63,689 bases of DNA, filler included, from Platydemus manokwari (GCA_037951405.1; 5 parts of 5 records of this genome joined end to end with filler, not necessarily neighbours in it), one strand, 5' to 3'; shown: positions 28,380-42,104, numbered from the whole stretch's first letter. Numbers and translations: made by a program. The notes: generated by a model not told the origin, from the letters alone.

Positions 28380-29445
28380 AGCTTTTGATGGTCATATCCT
28401 GTATTAAAGGGAATCAATACAAAGTTCTATTTATATTCTAGTTTGTTTTCAAATATTGATCTCATTAACTCACAATTTGGCATTTCAATATAACATTTTT
28501 TGATTTGCACAAATACAGTCAATTATCAGCATCTAACAACTCAATCACAGCATTAAATGAGAAATTAATCCAATAATACTTATCAAATAGATGTTATAAC
28601 AAATCCCATAGTAACTATGTAGAGCTCTGGTCACTAAAGGAAAATATATCTGGCGTCTATCTGTTTATATGTAAGTAGTCTATTGATAATTCCAGTTCAG
28701 ATTTTTGATTTAATAAAAAATTTGTTATCATAATTAGATTTCAATTTTGGTTCAACTTTATCGATAAAGTTGCTGCAGCATGCTAGTTAAATATTGAACT
28801 CTCAAATTATAGAAATGAATTTTTCATCAAATTCTCTCACACAACTACCAACCAACAATAAGCACTGTAATTTTCATCGAAAATCTTATTTTATTGAGAA
28901 ATATTGCAGTGAGTTAAATGAAAATAAAAACTTAAAAAACATTGCAGTTGTTTTCGAAAACCTATTCTTTTACAAACATCACAATTATGTCAATAAATGG
29001 CTTTCTTGAAAAAACATCAAAGAAAAGTGTTTTCTTAATCATGGAATATATTCACAAAAATTCCTCTACCAAGCTCACTGATCAATGAATTCGCGGTAAA
29101 TGTCCATTTCTAATCTAATTCAATTCTGAAGAAATCTCTCTAGGAAAAAAGTAAAACGAATCGCTGTTAAAATATCAATTGGAAAAAGTCTATGAAAAGA
29201 ATTTTTGTTTTCAAAATATTTGTAGTTAAAAATGCAGTTGATGTGATGTTTTATTTGGTATTATATCAAAACAGTTGAAAATGTTGTGTTCAAGTTAGAG
29301 TGAACCGCCATAGATTTCATTGATAATTGATGACTTTGATAAAACACTGTGTATAGAAGTATGTTCTTCAGCTGCTGAGAATCAAAGTCCATTTTCTGGT
29401 AATAAAATGATGGATATTTTGAAAATAAAAATAAGGAAGCTCATT
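28380..29445 (-). pseudogene. Decayed coding region, possibly BTB/BACK (kelch-like) family
   Basis: Stop- and frameshift-riddled fragments: IILLPENG..FSAAEEHTSIHSVLSKSS, NITSTAF, DILTAIRF (BTB-like), and WINFSFNAVIELLDADN*LYLCKSKNV ... FPLI (BACK-like). Confidence 0.3.
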
Positions 29446-30583
29446 TTTAAAAATACAAAAAGATAAACACATTCAATGAAGTAACTCATTAATATAGAAC
29501 AACGCACAGACTGACCTATCACCATCTTCAATGATCACTTGAAATTTTCATTTAAATTTTAGAAAAAATCGAAAACAATTAAAAATCAAACATAAATAAA
29601 GACATGCAAACCTAGAGCTAAATAAACGAATGCGATTGTTTGTGTTGCGCAATTGGAACATAATGTCGAGCATGCAAAAAATTAACTTTGAAAAGAAATT
29701 AAAAAATTCTAAATCAATATGCTTAGAAATATTCTAAAAAAATCGTTAATAATTTATTTAAATAAAAAAGTAAAAATTAATGGAAAATTCCAGAAAATTT
29801 TATTTAAGTAAATCAATTTAATAATGTGTGCTAGAGCATTATAAAGAGTCCATTTTTCCTAGATAATTTCTATTCTGCTTGACCTTTACTTGATTTTTCT
29901 GACAACTAGTCTTTGTGGTTGTCCTCTATTTTGTTGTTTAACTTTGTGGTATTGATTATCTATAGTTGATTTAGTGTGATTTTAATCGTTTGTGATGACG
30001 AATCGAAGATTGTGATTCTCAGTCAATTAATATTTTAAGAACATGGACAATTGTGTTATCTGTGTTATAGACACTTTATTTAGTACACATCAATTTCTTA
30101 TCTTTTACGTACGCAACAATGCAATGATATTGTATTATAGATTAATTGATTTATTGGTGTTTAATTTGTTTTTAAAAACAATTTCCTTCAGTTTTGTCTA
30201 TCTCTGTACCAAGACAACGATAAAGCCGAAGACTTGGTAAAGGTATTTTTGTTATTTTATATTTTTATATGCGGTATTTTTGTTATTTTCAAAAGAAATT
30301 TTCATTGGGTTTTTTCATACAATTTTACAATATCATAATGTTAGATAATCAATATTGGAACAATTTCTGGGAATACATTATTATTGATTTCAAATGAAAT
30401 ATTATAAAAAATTATAAAATGAAAATATTGAACGAAAACAGAAGAAAGATGTTTGTCAGAAGAAAATAATTTACTCCATACCATCTACTTTATATAACAT
30501 TTCTTGAAATTGGTGAACAAGTTCCGGATTTTATTCTGCTCTAAATTCAGAACGATCTACAATGGAAAAATTAAAGAACCATA

Positions 30584-31573
30584 TCAGGAATAACATTTAA
30601 AATAATTTACCTCAGTCGTCATCTGAAATAGAAAGTTTTTCGAAAATAAAAACTTACGCTTGGAATATTTGTCATAACAAACCGATATCACTTTCGGTTG
30701 TAATTTTAAGGTCAATTCATTCGTTTTCATTTTTTTATGTTTAAATTCAATCTCAAACAACTGTTTCGAATGGTTTGATATCATCATGATAGCATTATCA
30801 ATGAAGACGAAACTTCCCGGATTCACATAACGATACTTATTAACGAATTCGAGATTGGTAATTTCCCGAAAATCATTCAAAACCAATTTCAGAAGAACAA
30901 TGAAATGTCGCTGAGTATTGGATTGGTTTTCGAAAGACATTATCACCGTTCCTTTGTCAGAATGAATGGCCACATTTTGGGCACTGTATTTCTTTCTCAA
31001 TTTACAGATTTCATTTATTTCTATGTGCTTATATCGATTTCGATATAAAATTATCAATTTCTCATTTTTACTTTCGTTGTGTTGTGAAAGAATCAAAACT
31101 TGTTTTTCGTAAACCGCCATATCTTTCAATGTTGATGAATGGATTTCTTTGACTTCATTAGTGATGATATCTGGAATTTTGAAAATGCCCACCACTTCAA
31201 CGTTTGTAGAATCTTTCGTGTAAGAGCCAATGGTAAACAGTTGGTCGTTTTCATAAATTAATTTTCGTGGAATCACACAAGAGACTTCTTTAAAATTTAA
31301 CGAAATAATCGAAACAAATTGTAATTGATTATTTATATCAATTTTTAAATGAGCAATTGAAATGGAATTCTTAAATGCTATAAATAGATTATTGGACCAG
31401 ATTGCAGTACTTTGAATTACGCACTCGGAAAACTGAGGGGGTAAAAGACAAGAAACTTTAATCAATAAACTAAAGTTCAAATTTAATGATTTTGTCACTT
31501 TTTGATAATTTATGTTTTCATCTTTGAAATTAAATATATCTTGATTTTGATTTGCTGATTCATAGAAATCCAT
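30584..31573 (-). CDS. Intronless 329-aa hypothetical protein, probable divergent beta-propeller (NHL-like blades)
   Basis: By far the longest ORF in this AT-rich window. Repeated short beta-strand segments (LKDMAVYEKQVLILSQHN; AQNVAIHSDKGTVIMS; NPGSFVFIDNAIMMISNH; QPKVISVCYD). ETS-like ACTTCCG at 31669, about 100 nt upstream of the ATG. Confidence 0.7.
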   Translation of the reverse strand: MDFYESANQNQDIFNFKDENINYQKVTKSLNLNFSLLIKVSCLLPPQFSECVIQSTAIWSNNLFIAFKNSISIAHLKIDINNQLQFVSIISLNFKEVSCVIPRKLIYENDQLFTIGSYTKDSTNVEVVGIFKIPDIITNEVKEIHSSTLKDMAVYEKQVLILSQHNESKNEKLIILYRNRYKHIEINEICKLRKKYSAQNVAIHSDKGTVIMSFENQSNTQRHFIVLLKLVLNDFREITNLEFVNKYRYVNPGSFVFIDNAIMMISNHSKQLFEIEFKHKKMKTNELTLKLQPKVISVCYDKYSKRKFLFSKNFLFQMTTEVNYFKCYS

Positions 31574-31788
31574 AATAAAAAACTTAATTAAACTTTTCTT
31601 GATGTTTATATTTATATATACTTTGAAAATAATTACGTAAGAAAATCAAAATTTTTCCTACAAAAACCACTTCCGTTAATTTATTTCTTATTTAAAAATT
31701 TAATTGCATAAAATTTGTTCATCGTTATCCAACGTTTCGAGTTTAGAGTTTCATTTCAATTTAATATGGCTGATAATTCATAATTTTG

Positions 31789-32366
31789 GGCTAAAGTTAA
31801 AAAGGGTCCTAAAATAAAATTTTAAAACTGTGGAGTGTATTGCAAAAATCTATATAGATTATTTAATAAAATTCTTTAATAACTTTTTGAATTTTTTATT
31901 TTAGCACTTGAGTAAAATTTTAGTTATTTAGAATCAAATAATACATGCACAGGATTTTTAAAATCTCCTAAAAATTAATTATTTGAAAAGCGGGTCAAAA
32001 TGCGATTAATTGAAAATTAGCGAGGACCCCTTCTTTTAACATTAGAAGCAATTGGAATGATAATTAAGATTTTTAGAGTTATTTTATAAAAAAAAAGTGA
32101 CTTCGAAATTATTGAGAAGTGCCAGGAACAAGGTGCTTGCGTTTTCTCACAAAATAGGTATACTAATATCTATTTAATAGATTGGATACATAGATCCCAA
32201 ACCTGTCGATGTTGTAATAAAAAGAAGATTTGATGCAAATCAAATAAATCGTACAATGAAGATGCCACAAATATATAAGTTTCGGAATTCAAATAGGGAC
32301 TTGATCCAATGATTCAGCCCTGTCCCTTTTCGACATTTTGAATAAAGCATTTTTGGTACACGGGGG
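31789..32366 (+). mobile_element. Merlin element (long subfamily), 3'-truncated
   Basis: Starts GGCTAAAGTTAAAAAGGGTCCTAAAATAAA and is highly similar to 23162-23742, including the zinc-ribbon-coding segment. Confidence 0.9.
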
Positions 32367-32860
32367 TTTTATTAATATTATTATTTTACGTATATATAAA
32401 TAATTATTATTATAAATATTATTATCAATTATTATCAAAATTATTATTATCAATATTTCAAACTGGTTATTGCTCAAAAATTCCACAGGTTGTCAAACTA
32501 TAAAAACATAAGTTTGAAATTGGGTGCACTAATTTAATAAAACATGAAATCCTATTGGCCGATCAAATACATATTAAGATATAAAAAATAGCGTGCAGTA
32601 CATATCACATAAATTGGCTGAAATAAAAAGAGATCAGTTATTAAATATTGGAATCAAAACGCAGAGTGTGTCTGAAGGCATAAATTGTTCCAGTAACCAA
32701 GACAATTAGCGAAATTTAAATATCGGTAGAATGCAAACCATTTAAAGAGTACTCTCAGACAATCAAGAAAGGTTTGAAAAGCCACTTTAGCGAAATATTA
32801 CACAACTACCACCGGTTACGGACGAAATTATATCAAAAACCACATACTGTTAGACAAATT

Positions 32861-32960
32861 NNNNNNNNNNNNNNNNNNNNNNNNNNNNNNNNNNNNNNNN
32901 NNNNTTAATTAATTAANNNNNNNNNNNNNNNNNNNNNNNNNNNNNNNNNNNNNNNNNNNN
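32861..32960. other. Assembly gap/spacer
   Basis: N44-TTAATTAATTAA-N44. Confidence 0.97.
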
Positions 32961-35878
32961 ATACTATTATTATATCTTAAATTATTATTATTATTATTGT
33001 TGTTGTTTGAATGCGGTTCAAAAAGATAGACTAGATTAATATATTGATTGGAGAAAATAGCCAGGTGCCAAAACAAGATCAAAACGAATGATTTCATTAA
33101 AATCCTTTTTGGATAATATGTTCAAGATGCCTCAGTAATTTTCAGTCTGCGGGCAATTGGATAGATAAAATTATGAGATTTACAGAATATCCTTCATGAA
33201 ATATAACAATATATTATTTTGTACACGCTTCTCAGAATTCGGCTGGCTGAAATATCGTAAATAAATGTAGATTTGTATTGACGATCAATATTATTTCTGT
33301 CAATGCGATAATTTTATTTTACTGACTTTTGATATTGAATTCCACTTAACACTGATAATATTGATTGATACTAAATATATATTATTGATAACAAGCTCAG
33401 AATTTCAGCCCGTGAAGTATTTTAAACGACATATTCAAAAATGGTATATAATTTGAATTTTCTAACTAATACCTGCAGATAATTATATATTTTGTATTTT
33501 TCTTCATCAGATCTTTTGATTTCCAGATACACTTTGATATCGATTATAATTGAATGAAGCATCTCTTTTTAATAAATTATCAAAAAAAATGAGATATACT
33601 GATGAAAATTGAATCACAAACTCTCGAAAGAACTGGATTTACAAAAAAAATGGTAGAGAAAATCACGATTGTTTCATCATTTATAAAGATGAGCCTTCTG
33701 GTTAGAAAATGAAACCAAATTGATTTTTTGTTTTCGTTTTTTTGATGCTGATTAAACTACTTCTGTTCAGAATTACCATGACTACTACAGTTAAGTATTT
33801 TATAGATAATGTTATTTTCTGATAATGTGTTACAAGATTTATTTAAATACAAATTTGTTGGGTTAATCAATGAAATGTTGCAAATTGATTTTATTAAATA
33901 TGGTGACTTATGACTTATTGTTAGTAATATTGATTTTCTTTGGAGTCGCCAAGTTCTTAAAAATGGAAAAATGGGTCGCTATATAAAAAAGATTGTGATT
34001 CGATAAGATGAAAAGCTAGATAAGAAAGGCCTGTATTGAAATAGCAACATTAATTTTTGTGGAAATGAATTTCGGTCTCTTTCGAAATAACCAACTCATA
34101 TTGATGATGTCCCACCGCGAACCCCACAAGAATTATTTTATCAATACTTTCAAATTTTATTATCGGATAGCTCGTCTTTTTTATTAATCCCAAGAACCTT
34201 AGATGAACACTGTGTATCCATTTTACTCACACCCTTAGCGACTGTGCCTACTTCATGGTGGTATTTATCATCACAGGTGTGCTGTGTTCGTTTTCGTCCA
34301 CAGTTTCATTTCTAATATCTGTGTTCTGTTTTATGAATATCCTCTTGCTAATTTTATCAGTGGCATTATTGAAATCAAATGGCACGCACTAATCAATCAA
34401 CCAATAATCCAAAGAAATTGAGCTTTTAAAGGTTAGTGGGATGCTATTTTTAAATGTTCAAAGAATTTCTGCTGATTTTGTTCTGGGGCTGCTGCGCTAT
34501 GGGTCGCACCGTATATTCTTTATTTCAACATAGTTTTAATTATCGATTTATTTGTCTATGGATCAAGTACTTTGTGAAGTAGTTTTAATATTATCTTGTA
34601 AATGGGTTATTTTCAAATATAGATTATTGATCTAAAATAATCAATAACCCGTACTAGAAAAATACCTAGTGTTCACTCAATAAATTGAATTTATTAACTT
34701 GGGAACGTTTATATGTGATATTAAAATGATATCACCATGAAAATTAAATTTCATTATTTTTTAAGAACGAGTAAAATTTTGAAACATTTGAAAAACAATC
34801 CAACAGTTTTTGAATATGTCTTTTAAAATCACTCTTACACCATTGTTTAAAATTCAAACCACCAGAAATCATTTATTAATTTTATTTGAATTTTTATTTA
34901 CTGTCAATTAACAGTAGCATATAAATATTACTTAATAAATTATTCATAATTTTCATCTTAATTAATAAAGAAAATGTTTTTTGTTATTGCTATTATTATT
35001 ATAATTAATATATCATCAATTTATAAATATATACAAGTGTATATCAATTCGTCTAGGGTATTGTTTTATTCATATTTTCTTTTTACAAAGTGTCTTATGA
35101 TATTAGGCAGATAGCAAATCTCATATATGCACTTAAAATGTCTTTGAGAGAAAATGAAATAAAAACTGAACTACCTAGCGAATTGTATCTCGACGACAAC
35201 ACGATAAACGAGATTTTTTAAATGGTATTTCAATGAAATTTATTTTTAACTAATACTTGTTCACTATCTCTTCTTGTTTTATTAATCCTTGATAAAACAT
35301 AATTTTATTTTTTGTATTTCTAATAATGACATTCCATTGGATTTCTCTCATTTTTGTTCAAGAATTTCGAGATTATTTAATGTGGAAGAACGGAGGCAAT
35401 CTCAGTCATTCTTTATGATAAATTCACAAGGTTTGAAAGTTTATTCTTGGTGAGAACTTATTGTAAAATTACCTTTGAATTTGTTCAAATTCTTACCAAA
35501 AATCTAAGGTCGGTGATGTTCTTACATGAAACTAAAATGTCGTTAGAAGAGATTTCAATGAGTGATCATTAAATTCAGTGAAATTTGTGGATTCTAGTGG
35601 AACAATTAGACAAGAATCGATTACATCAACATTGTGAGATACAAAATGATTTTATAAAAATGCGATAAATACGTAAAATTTACAAAATATTAAAACAATT
35701 TAAAAATTATGCTAAAAATCAAAAGACCACATTAATATTCCTAAAAACCACGGTCTTGGTAACCAATACTTTAAACGGTCAGTATAAAAATTGTTAAAAT
35801 AAAATTAAAATGTTGTTTAAAAAAAGATAATATTATGGAATTTGTGAATTTTTATGTGTAGCCACAATTTTATGGAAA

Positions 35879-36106
35879 TTCGATGCTGATAAAGGAGGTC
35901 GTAGAATTTTCACGGTTGGAGTAGAAGTTTTAGTGAAGAAAGAATCACGTAAGATAAGGAAGAACGGAGGTCGTTATGAAAGTCTTCACAGAATTTTGAA
36001 ATTTTTAATCCCACACCAAGTGCTTCTTGATTCCAAGGAACAGTCAAACTGTCGAAGAATTGTAAGGCCAAAAAAGATCTCAAAAACAACCGGAAATGGA
36101 AGTTAG
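35879..36106 (+). mobile_element. Ty3/gypsy integrase C-terminal (GPY/F module) remnant
   Basis: Open frame FDADKGGRRIFTVGVEVLVKKESRKIRKNGGRYESLHRILKFLIPHQVLLD fits 'R.F.vGD.VLvk...K...y.GPy.I'. Confidence 0.5.
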
Positions 36107-37179
36107 ATAAAATCGCAGATAATTGATTTTGTTTGAATATTCCGAAAAAACGTGTATGGCTTTTAAATAAAATTGTGATGGACACAACCGATGTTTTTAC
36201 TAAAACAAAATGTCGACAAATTTGGAGGGACAAATTTTCATTTAAAATATTTTGGAAAATTGATGTGAAAATAAATATATTATTGTTTTGATAAAAAGTA
36301 ACTTCTTATTTAAATCTAGAGAATGAAGAAATTTCGTCAAGGAACCGTTTGAGAGCACGGTTAGAATTTAATATTTATGGAAAATCTGACATTAAATAAA
36401 AACAATTTTTTCATTTATTTTTATTTTATTTTTCAAAGAAATTTTCAATAAGTTTACATTTATTTGGTTTACTCCTACTCTACAAACTTACTGTGTAGCA
36501 TCAAACATCATTGGCATTCATCTCAACATATCTCGTCTATGATCTTTCTGCATATTTTTTGTTATCTATTGACTCCACCTCTATTGCCCAAAAAATCTAA
36601 GCCAAGGAATGACACTGATTTTTGTACTTCCTCTGTCTATGCATCGTCCCATACTAATCATCAACGCGGAGGATTCATTTATTAGCTGTAAATGATTGCT
36701 CCCGTTACAGCAGCAACAATTTTATAAAACATTATCGACAAAAATTTACAAAAAGGAAAATTATCCCGCTCATAGATATTAAATCATAAGAAATTGGCCC
36801 AAAAACGTATACTGGTAAAATGATTGAAGGGAAAACAATAAACATCAGCTGGTGGCTATTTAAGATAAACTTCAATAATTTTTCGAGATTTTTTATAAAA
36901 TAATAATAAATTAAAGAAATTTTTCATAAAATTCTAATTTCATAATAATTTGCGCAATTCGCAATAAGTGATAACATATAATTTGCTTCCGGAATTATAA
37001 TGATATCGATTGCAGAATTACAGATTTTATCTGTAATTTGTTTAAACCCCATAATAGCTGGTAATTTTCCAGGATTTGAAACAGTTTCAGGAGAAAATAT
37101 ACAGATTGAAATATATCAAGTAAAATAAACACTGTTATCATGAAATATTTATAAATTATTTTGAATGGCTCGTTGATTT

Positions 37180-37606
37180 TTCAATGAATTAAATTTTCAA
37201 AAACTTAATTTTTATTTTATATAAAATAATATTAGTGTGTTTAAAAAATTTGTCTTTAAACAGATAATTTGGTGTTGCACCTTTTCAGTTCGTTTTCAGC
37301 GCGCGCTTTTTAAAATAGCATCAGCTACATGGGAACCACCCATCTGGTTTCCTTTAAGGGAAGATCAATGACTGTAAATTATGGAAGAAAAGCAGGTAGA
37401 TATTGATAATATAAAGAGTAAATATAAAGCAGATACTAAATAGAATATAAAGAAGGTAAAAGAATTAGAGATATTTATGTGGGTAAATATGAAGAGTAAT
37501 CAATACAGAGACGATTAAATAAATCAAATAATATCAGAGATTTTAAAGACGTGGGATGTGACAAACTTTAAATGCGCCCTTTATAAAATAGTAGCGACTT
37601 ATAATA
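37180..37606 (+). mobile_element. TRIM-like element copy C (with start of a second tandem unit)
   Basis: 5' repeat ends ...TTTTTAAAA (37315), then the shared interior, a degenerate purine tract and TGTGACA at 37557. An internally deleted repeat follows, then a second PBS-like TAGTAGCGACTTATA at 37589. Confidence 0.6.
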
Positions 37607-37707
37607 ACCATATCTATTTCAAATAAATATATTAGTTTAATATTGAGATTTAAAAGCTTAAGAAATTATCAACGATGTCAAAGAAATAAAAATTTTGAAA
37701 CGAATAT

Positions 37708-38292
37708 AAAAGGGGGTCCTTTGGCCTACTTTCTTAATAATGAATTTTCGCGCATGAGATAATTTTATAATTTAGTTTTAAATATAATTGAGATGTTTGA
37801 TTTATTCGTATAATTCACTCACTCAGTTTGTAGGATATCGTAAAGGGACAAAATATAGTTTTAAAACCAAGTTCCCATTCTAATCACAAAATTTCTATAT
37901 GATTATTTGAGTTTTTATATTAAAATTTATTTTATTATAAATCCAGTAAGATAATTCCAGATATCTTTAACAATATTAATGCTTATTTTTAAAAAATAAT
38001 TGCGAAATTTGCTTACAGTTTGCTTCAAATGCTAAAAAAGGGTCCTCGCTAATTTTCAATAAATTCAAATTTGACCTGCTTTGATCCCTTTATCAAACAA
38101 TCAAATTTCAGGAGACTTTAAAGCTCCAGTACATTTAATAATTAATTTCAAACAACTCAAACTCTTCTTAACTACATAAACAAGAAATTCAAAATGTTTT
38201 AAATAATATAATTAAATTAACTATATAGATTTTTGCAATACACCCAGCATGTTTAAAATTTTAGTTTAGGACCATTATTTTTAACTTTAGCC
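37708..38292 (-). mobile_element. Merlin MITE (short subfamily)
   Basis: AAAAGGGGGTCCTTTGGCCTACTTTC... through GGACCATTATTTTTAACTTTAGCC; colinear with 22232-22826 and 60891-61473. Confidence 0.85.
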
Positions 38293-39216
38293 ATAATTTC
38301 TATTTAAAATAATTATTTATATTTTAATAGATTTTTAAAGTTATGAAAAATTACCGCAGGTATCATATATGGAGAAAAGCAAAATAACTGAACCAAGAAT
38401 AGAATATGAAAATTTTGAAAAAAATTAAAATCAATGTTCCTGTATGACATTCATAATAAAATGGATCATCGATTCTATGTAAAGTGCTTTTGCAATGAAA
38501 GATATAAATGCAAGAATAATTTAATGTATCTAATTAAAAACCGTTTTCAAAATTAGTTTGCGAAATTTTATTACAGAATCCGTAAATGAGTATTTTACTT
38601 AATTGTAAAATATTTATTCATTAATAAATCTGCTTATTTAAATCTATCTACACGATAGTTCTAGGTAGAAATCTTTGATAAAATTATATTTGTATTTTTT
38701 AAATTTAAAATTATGACGTATTCTACAATTTTCTACTGTTTTATCAATTAAATTTTCATTTCTTATTTTCGATGTTTTTCAATTTCACTGGTTAGAACAG
38801 TACGTTTTAAAATTTGTATTCAATTTAAAAAAATTCATTTAATTGTAATTTAAATTTAATATTCGAGCATTTTTCTAAACAGAATAGTAAATTTCTATAA
38901 TATATTACATACACAAGATTATTTGTCACATTGTATAAATAGATACTTTACTTTTTATACTTTTTTTCGTTGTCAATAAATATATTAAAATAACTTAGAA
39001 TTTTTACCCTTGACTATTTTTAAAGTATAATCCTTGACAAAGCTTTGATTTGCATTAGTTTTAACAATTATTGTTTATAACTATTTATGAATATAAATAT
39101 AAGTCTTTGTCTGTAAAACTAAACTAAAACAACAAAACACAATATAATTTATACTCATTGATATTAATTATAATTCACTGATTAATGTACTTATTAATCA
39201 GTTGCATTATTACAAT

Positions 39217-39504
39217 ATGACAGAAGCAGCTGATGACGGTAGATTTTCGCTTGAGGATAGAGTGTTCATAGTAAGCCATGTAATAATGTACCAGAGTAGT
39301 GCTAAAGCTTGCCAAGAATTTCAACAACATTTCAATCGTGTACCACCAGCTGGGACAGCATTGTAATACTGGAAACAGAAGATTGAAGAAATTGGAAACT
39401 TATCCACTAGGTTGCGATTAGGAAGACCGTCTGATGAAATCATGAAGTTAAAGGTGATAAATTTTCTAAAAGACAATGATGGCACAAATCTTACTGTTAT
39501 TGTG
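39217..39504 (+). mobile_element. Tc1/mariner (rosa/maT-like) transposase N-terminal HTH remnant (DUF4817-like)
   Basis: MTEAADDGRFSLEDRVFIVSHVIMYQSSAKACQEFQQHFNRVPPAGTAL*YWKQKIEEIGNLSTRLRLGRPS..., with the family pattern F...F....P....i..w..kf.etG and GRP; one in-frame stop. Confidence 0.7.
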
Positions 39505-39863
39505 TTTGTTGTGCATTAAAATAATTAGGTGCATTTGGTTTGTTCTATTTTAGTTGTTTTATTTTAGTTTTAGAGACCTAGTTCTATGAATCGCACGGTA
39601 TATATTATATATATATGATATTTTTCAACATCAGCCCATTTAAAATGATCAAAATATAACTGCTGATTCATTATCAAAGCATAGAAATTATCAAATGTCT
39701 CTAGTAATTGGTTCACAACTTTTATAATTTTTGATGTTGTCCCAGAAAATCTCACAAAGATCTAATGTATCTAGTTGGATATATTCTTTATTCGTTTCTA
39801 ACTTTTAATTCTAAATCAACTTTCAATTTCATTCGCAACACTTTTACTTAATTTACTGATCTT

Positions 39864-40178
39864 TAAATTTAATTTTTTATAATTGTAAATCGACTTAGCA
39901 AGCTCCCGACATGTTTAAAAATCTGACATTGTTAGTTAATATCAAATAATAGTAAAAATTTTCAATATTTTTCAATTTGCTACAAATATTGAACAAAGGT
40001 ACTCGACAATTTTCAATAAATCGAAACTAGACTTACTTTGGCCAGTTTGTCAAATAATTAAATTTTAAGATATTTTAAATCTGCAAAGTATTTAATATTT
40101 GATTTTAAGCAACTAAATAAAATTTTATTAATTAAATAAAATATAGTTTTTTGCAATACAATCAATAAATTTAAAATT
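39864..40178 (-). mobile_element. Degraded Merlin MITE internal fragment
   Basis: Similar to 61090-61445 (TTTTTTATAATTGTAAAT...TTTTTGCAATACAATCAATAAATTTAAAATT). Confidence 0.6.
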
Positions 40179-40719
40179 AATTAAAATCTTAATTTTATGA
40201 TATATATTTATTTATTTATCTTAGTTCTATTGTTTATTATATATTCATATTCATTATTCCTAAAATATTTTCCAAACCTCACAAATTTTAAGATATCCTT
40301 AAAGAAATTGGTTTAATAAGACAATTTTCACTCACCAATCGGTACAAAACGATATCGTATGTCTTCTAATCGAATCTTTTCTATGAAATCGAGTATGGAT
40401 TTCATTTTTTATATGTTTCCGGAAAGCCGCCATTGAAGCAAATGTATTTAATTAAGCTCAGTTCAAATGATATGCGTATTAATATATACTACTTACGAGG
40501 AAAAAATTGTGAGTAGTAAATATTTCGCATCAAAACCTACATCCATTGATTGGCTATTTTGATTTGATTGAATATGATGACTAATTTATGGAGATTTTGA
40601 TGTGATTTTCATGCATGGATTAATCACATAAAATGAAGAATTTCGCATGAAAAACTTTCGGAAATCAGGAATAAATTGGAATTGCTTTGTTTTGGAAAGA
40701 CAGGTTTTTGATAAAAAAA

Positions 40720-41147
40720 TTTGATTGAGCGATAATATTCGAAGTTTAACAAAGAATATTTCCCTCATCACCTTGCCGTATATGTTTTTCATTTGCTCTT
40801 CTTTCATAACAACCGAAATTTTTCTGCACTCTATATATTCGATCTATATTCTTCAATATTTTTCTGGCATCATTCATCTCATTATCGGATCCAAATTCAT
40901 GGCTACCATGTTAGCTTCCACTATTTTATTGTATGTGAATTAAAATCGAATACAAAAACTCGAATCCATAATAATCTTCATAAGAATTACACCAATTTTC
41001 ATTCTCCTTTTTATTGGAAATCCTTAAGACTGATCTTCCAATATCTTCATAAATATGACGAAAATTTTCATTTATTTGCATTTTATCACAGTTGTCCAGA
41101 TCATTCTGTCTTCTTATTTTCTAAAATTAATTTGTAATCTGTATTGA
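40720..41147 (+). pseudogene. Decayed multi-pass membrane protein fragment
   Basis: One frame gives about four hydrophobic segments (ISLITLPYMFFICSSFI; IIHLIIGSKFMATMLASTILLYV; IIIFIRITPIFILLFIG; IFIYLHFITVVQIILSSYFL) interrupted by three stops. AT-rich DNA is itself biased towards hydrophobic codons. Confidence 0.3.
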
Positions 41148-42104
41148 TAACATCGAAATGTCGTTAAGCACCTGATCTTGAAGTAAACTTTTGAAAACTA
41201 TATTAAGAGGGATTGTCTTAATATTAGAACCATTGAGTATTAGTGCCATTTTACCCCTTCGATTTAAAATTTCATTCGATTCACAAATTTATGCACCACC
41301 TCAAATTTTTAAAATATTTAAAAGACCTCATTTTACAACAATTTCAGATGTTGGTTAATAATTCATTCCAATTTTAAAATTCTCAATAATCTTAGCTCCC
41401 ACTGTTGATACGAAATGTACTCTGAAACGTATATTATTTTTCATTCTTCTAATTGAATCGAGAATTTTTCAACAGATAATTCCATTAATTTTTATCAATA
41501 TTTCATATAAATGATGTTCATGGCGTAACAGCATTAAACAAAACAAAGATAAAATAAAATTTGATATAAATAATAAATAAACTTTTTACAGCCTAAACAT
41601 TAAATTATCAATAATTCCTATTTTATATTTTATTGGAATATTTGGACCAATCAGATATTTCATTCCATAATGATCTTTACGAGTAAGTTAATAGTGAAAT
41701 TTGGAGTAGATCCCAACCGTTCATCATTTGTTATATATTCCTTTAATTCAAGACTTTGAAATTTAATAATCCTTAGACCATTATTTTACGTTTCTTTTGA
41801 CAACCAATAAAATTTATGCTAAAATAAATTAATTAATATCACTTTAACAGATAATCTATTAATCATTTCCTATTGATTAATATCAAATTACGTTTAATAT
41901 CACTTATAATTTTTAAATTTTATTTTTACAAATGTGATTAAAAGTTTGATTAGCTAAATTGATGCTTTCAAAAGGGCCATAGATCGATAGTTCTAACAAG
42001 TCGAATTTCGATGGGTTATTATACTCATCAAAATGTATTCATAAGATGTTTAAATAATGACTGTCTTGACTGGAATAATTTATACTTTTCCTAAACCAAT
42101 AAAG

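Noticed and set aside
40300-41150. Alternative genetic code (stop readthrough) as an explanation for frames interrupted by TAA/TGA
   Set aside because: All three stop types and frameshifts occur across these decayed frames, while COQ5 and the 329-aa ORF contain no internal stops. Pseudogenisation is the simpler explanation.
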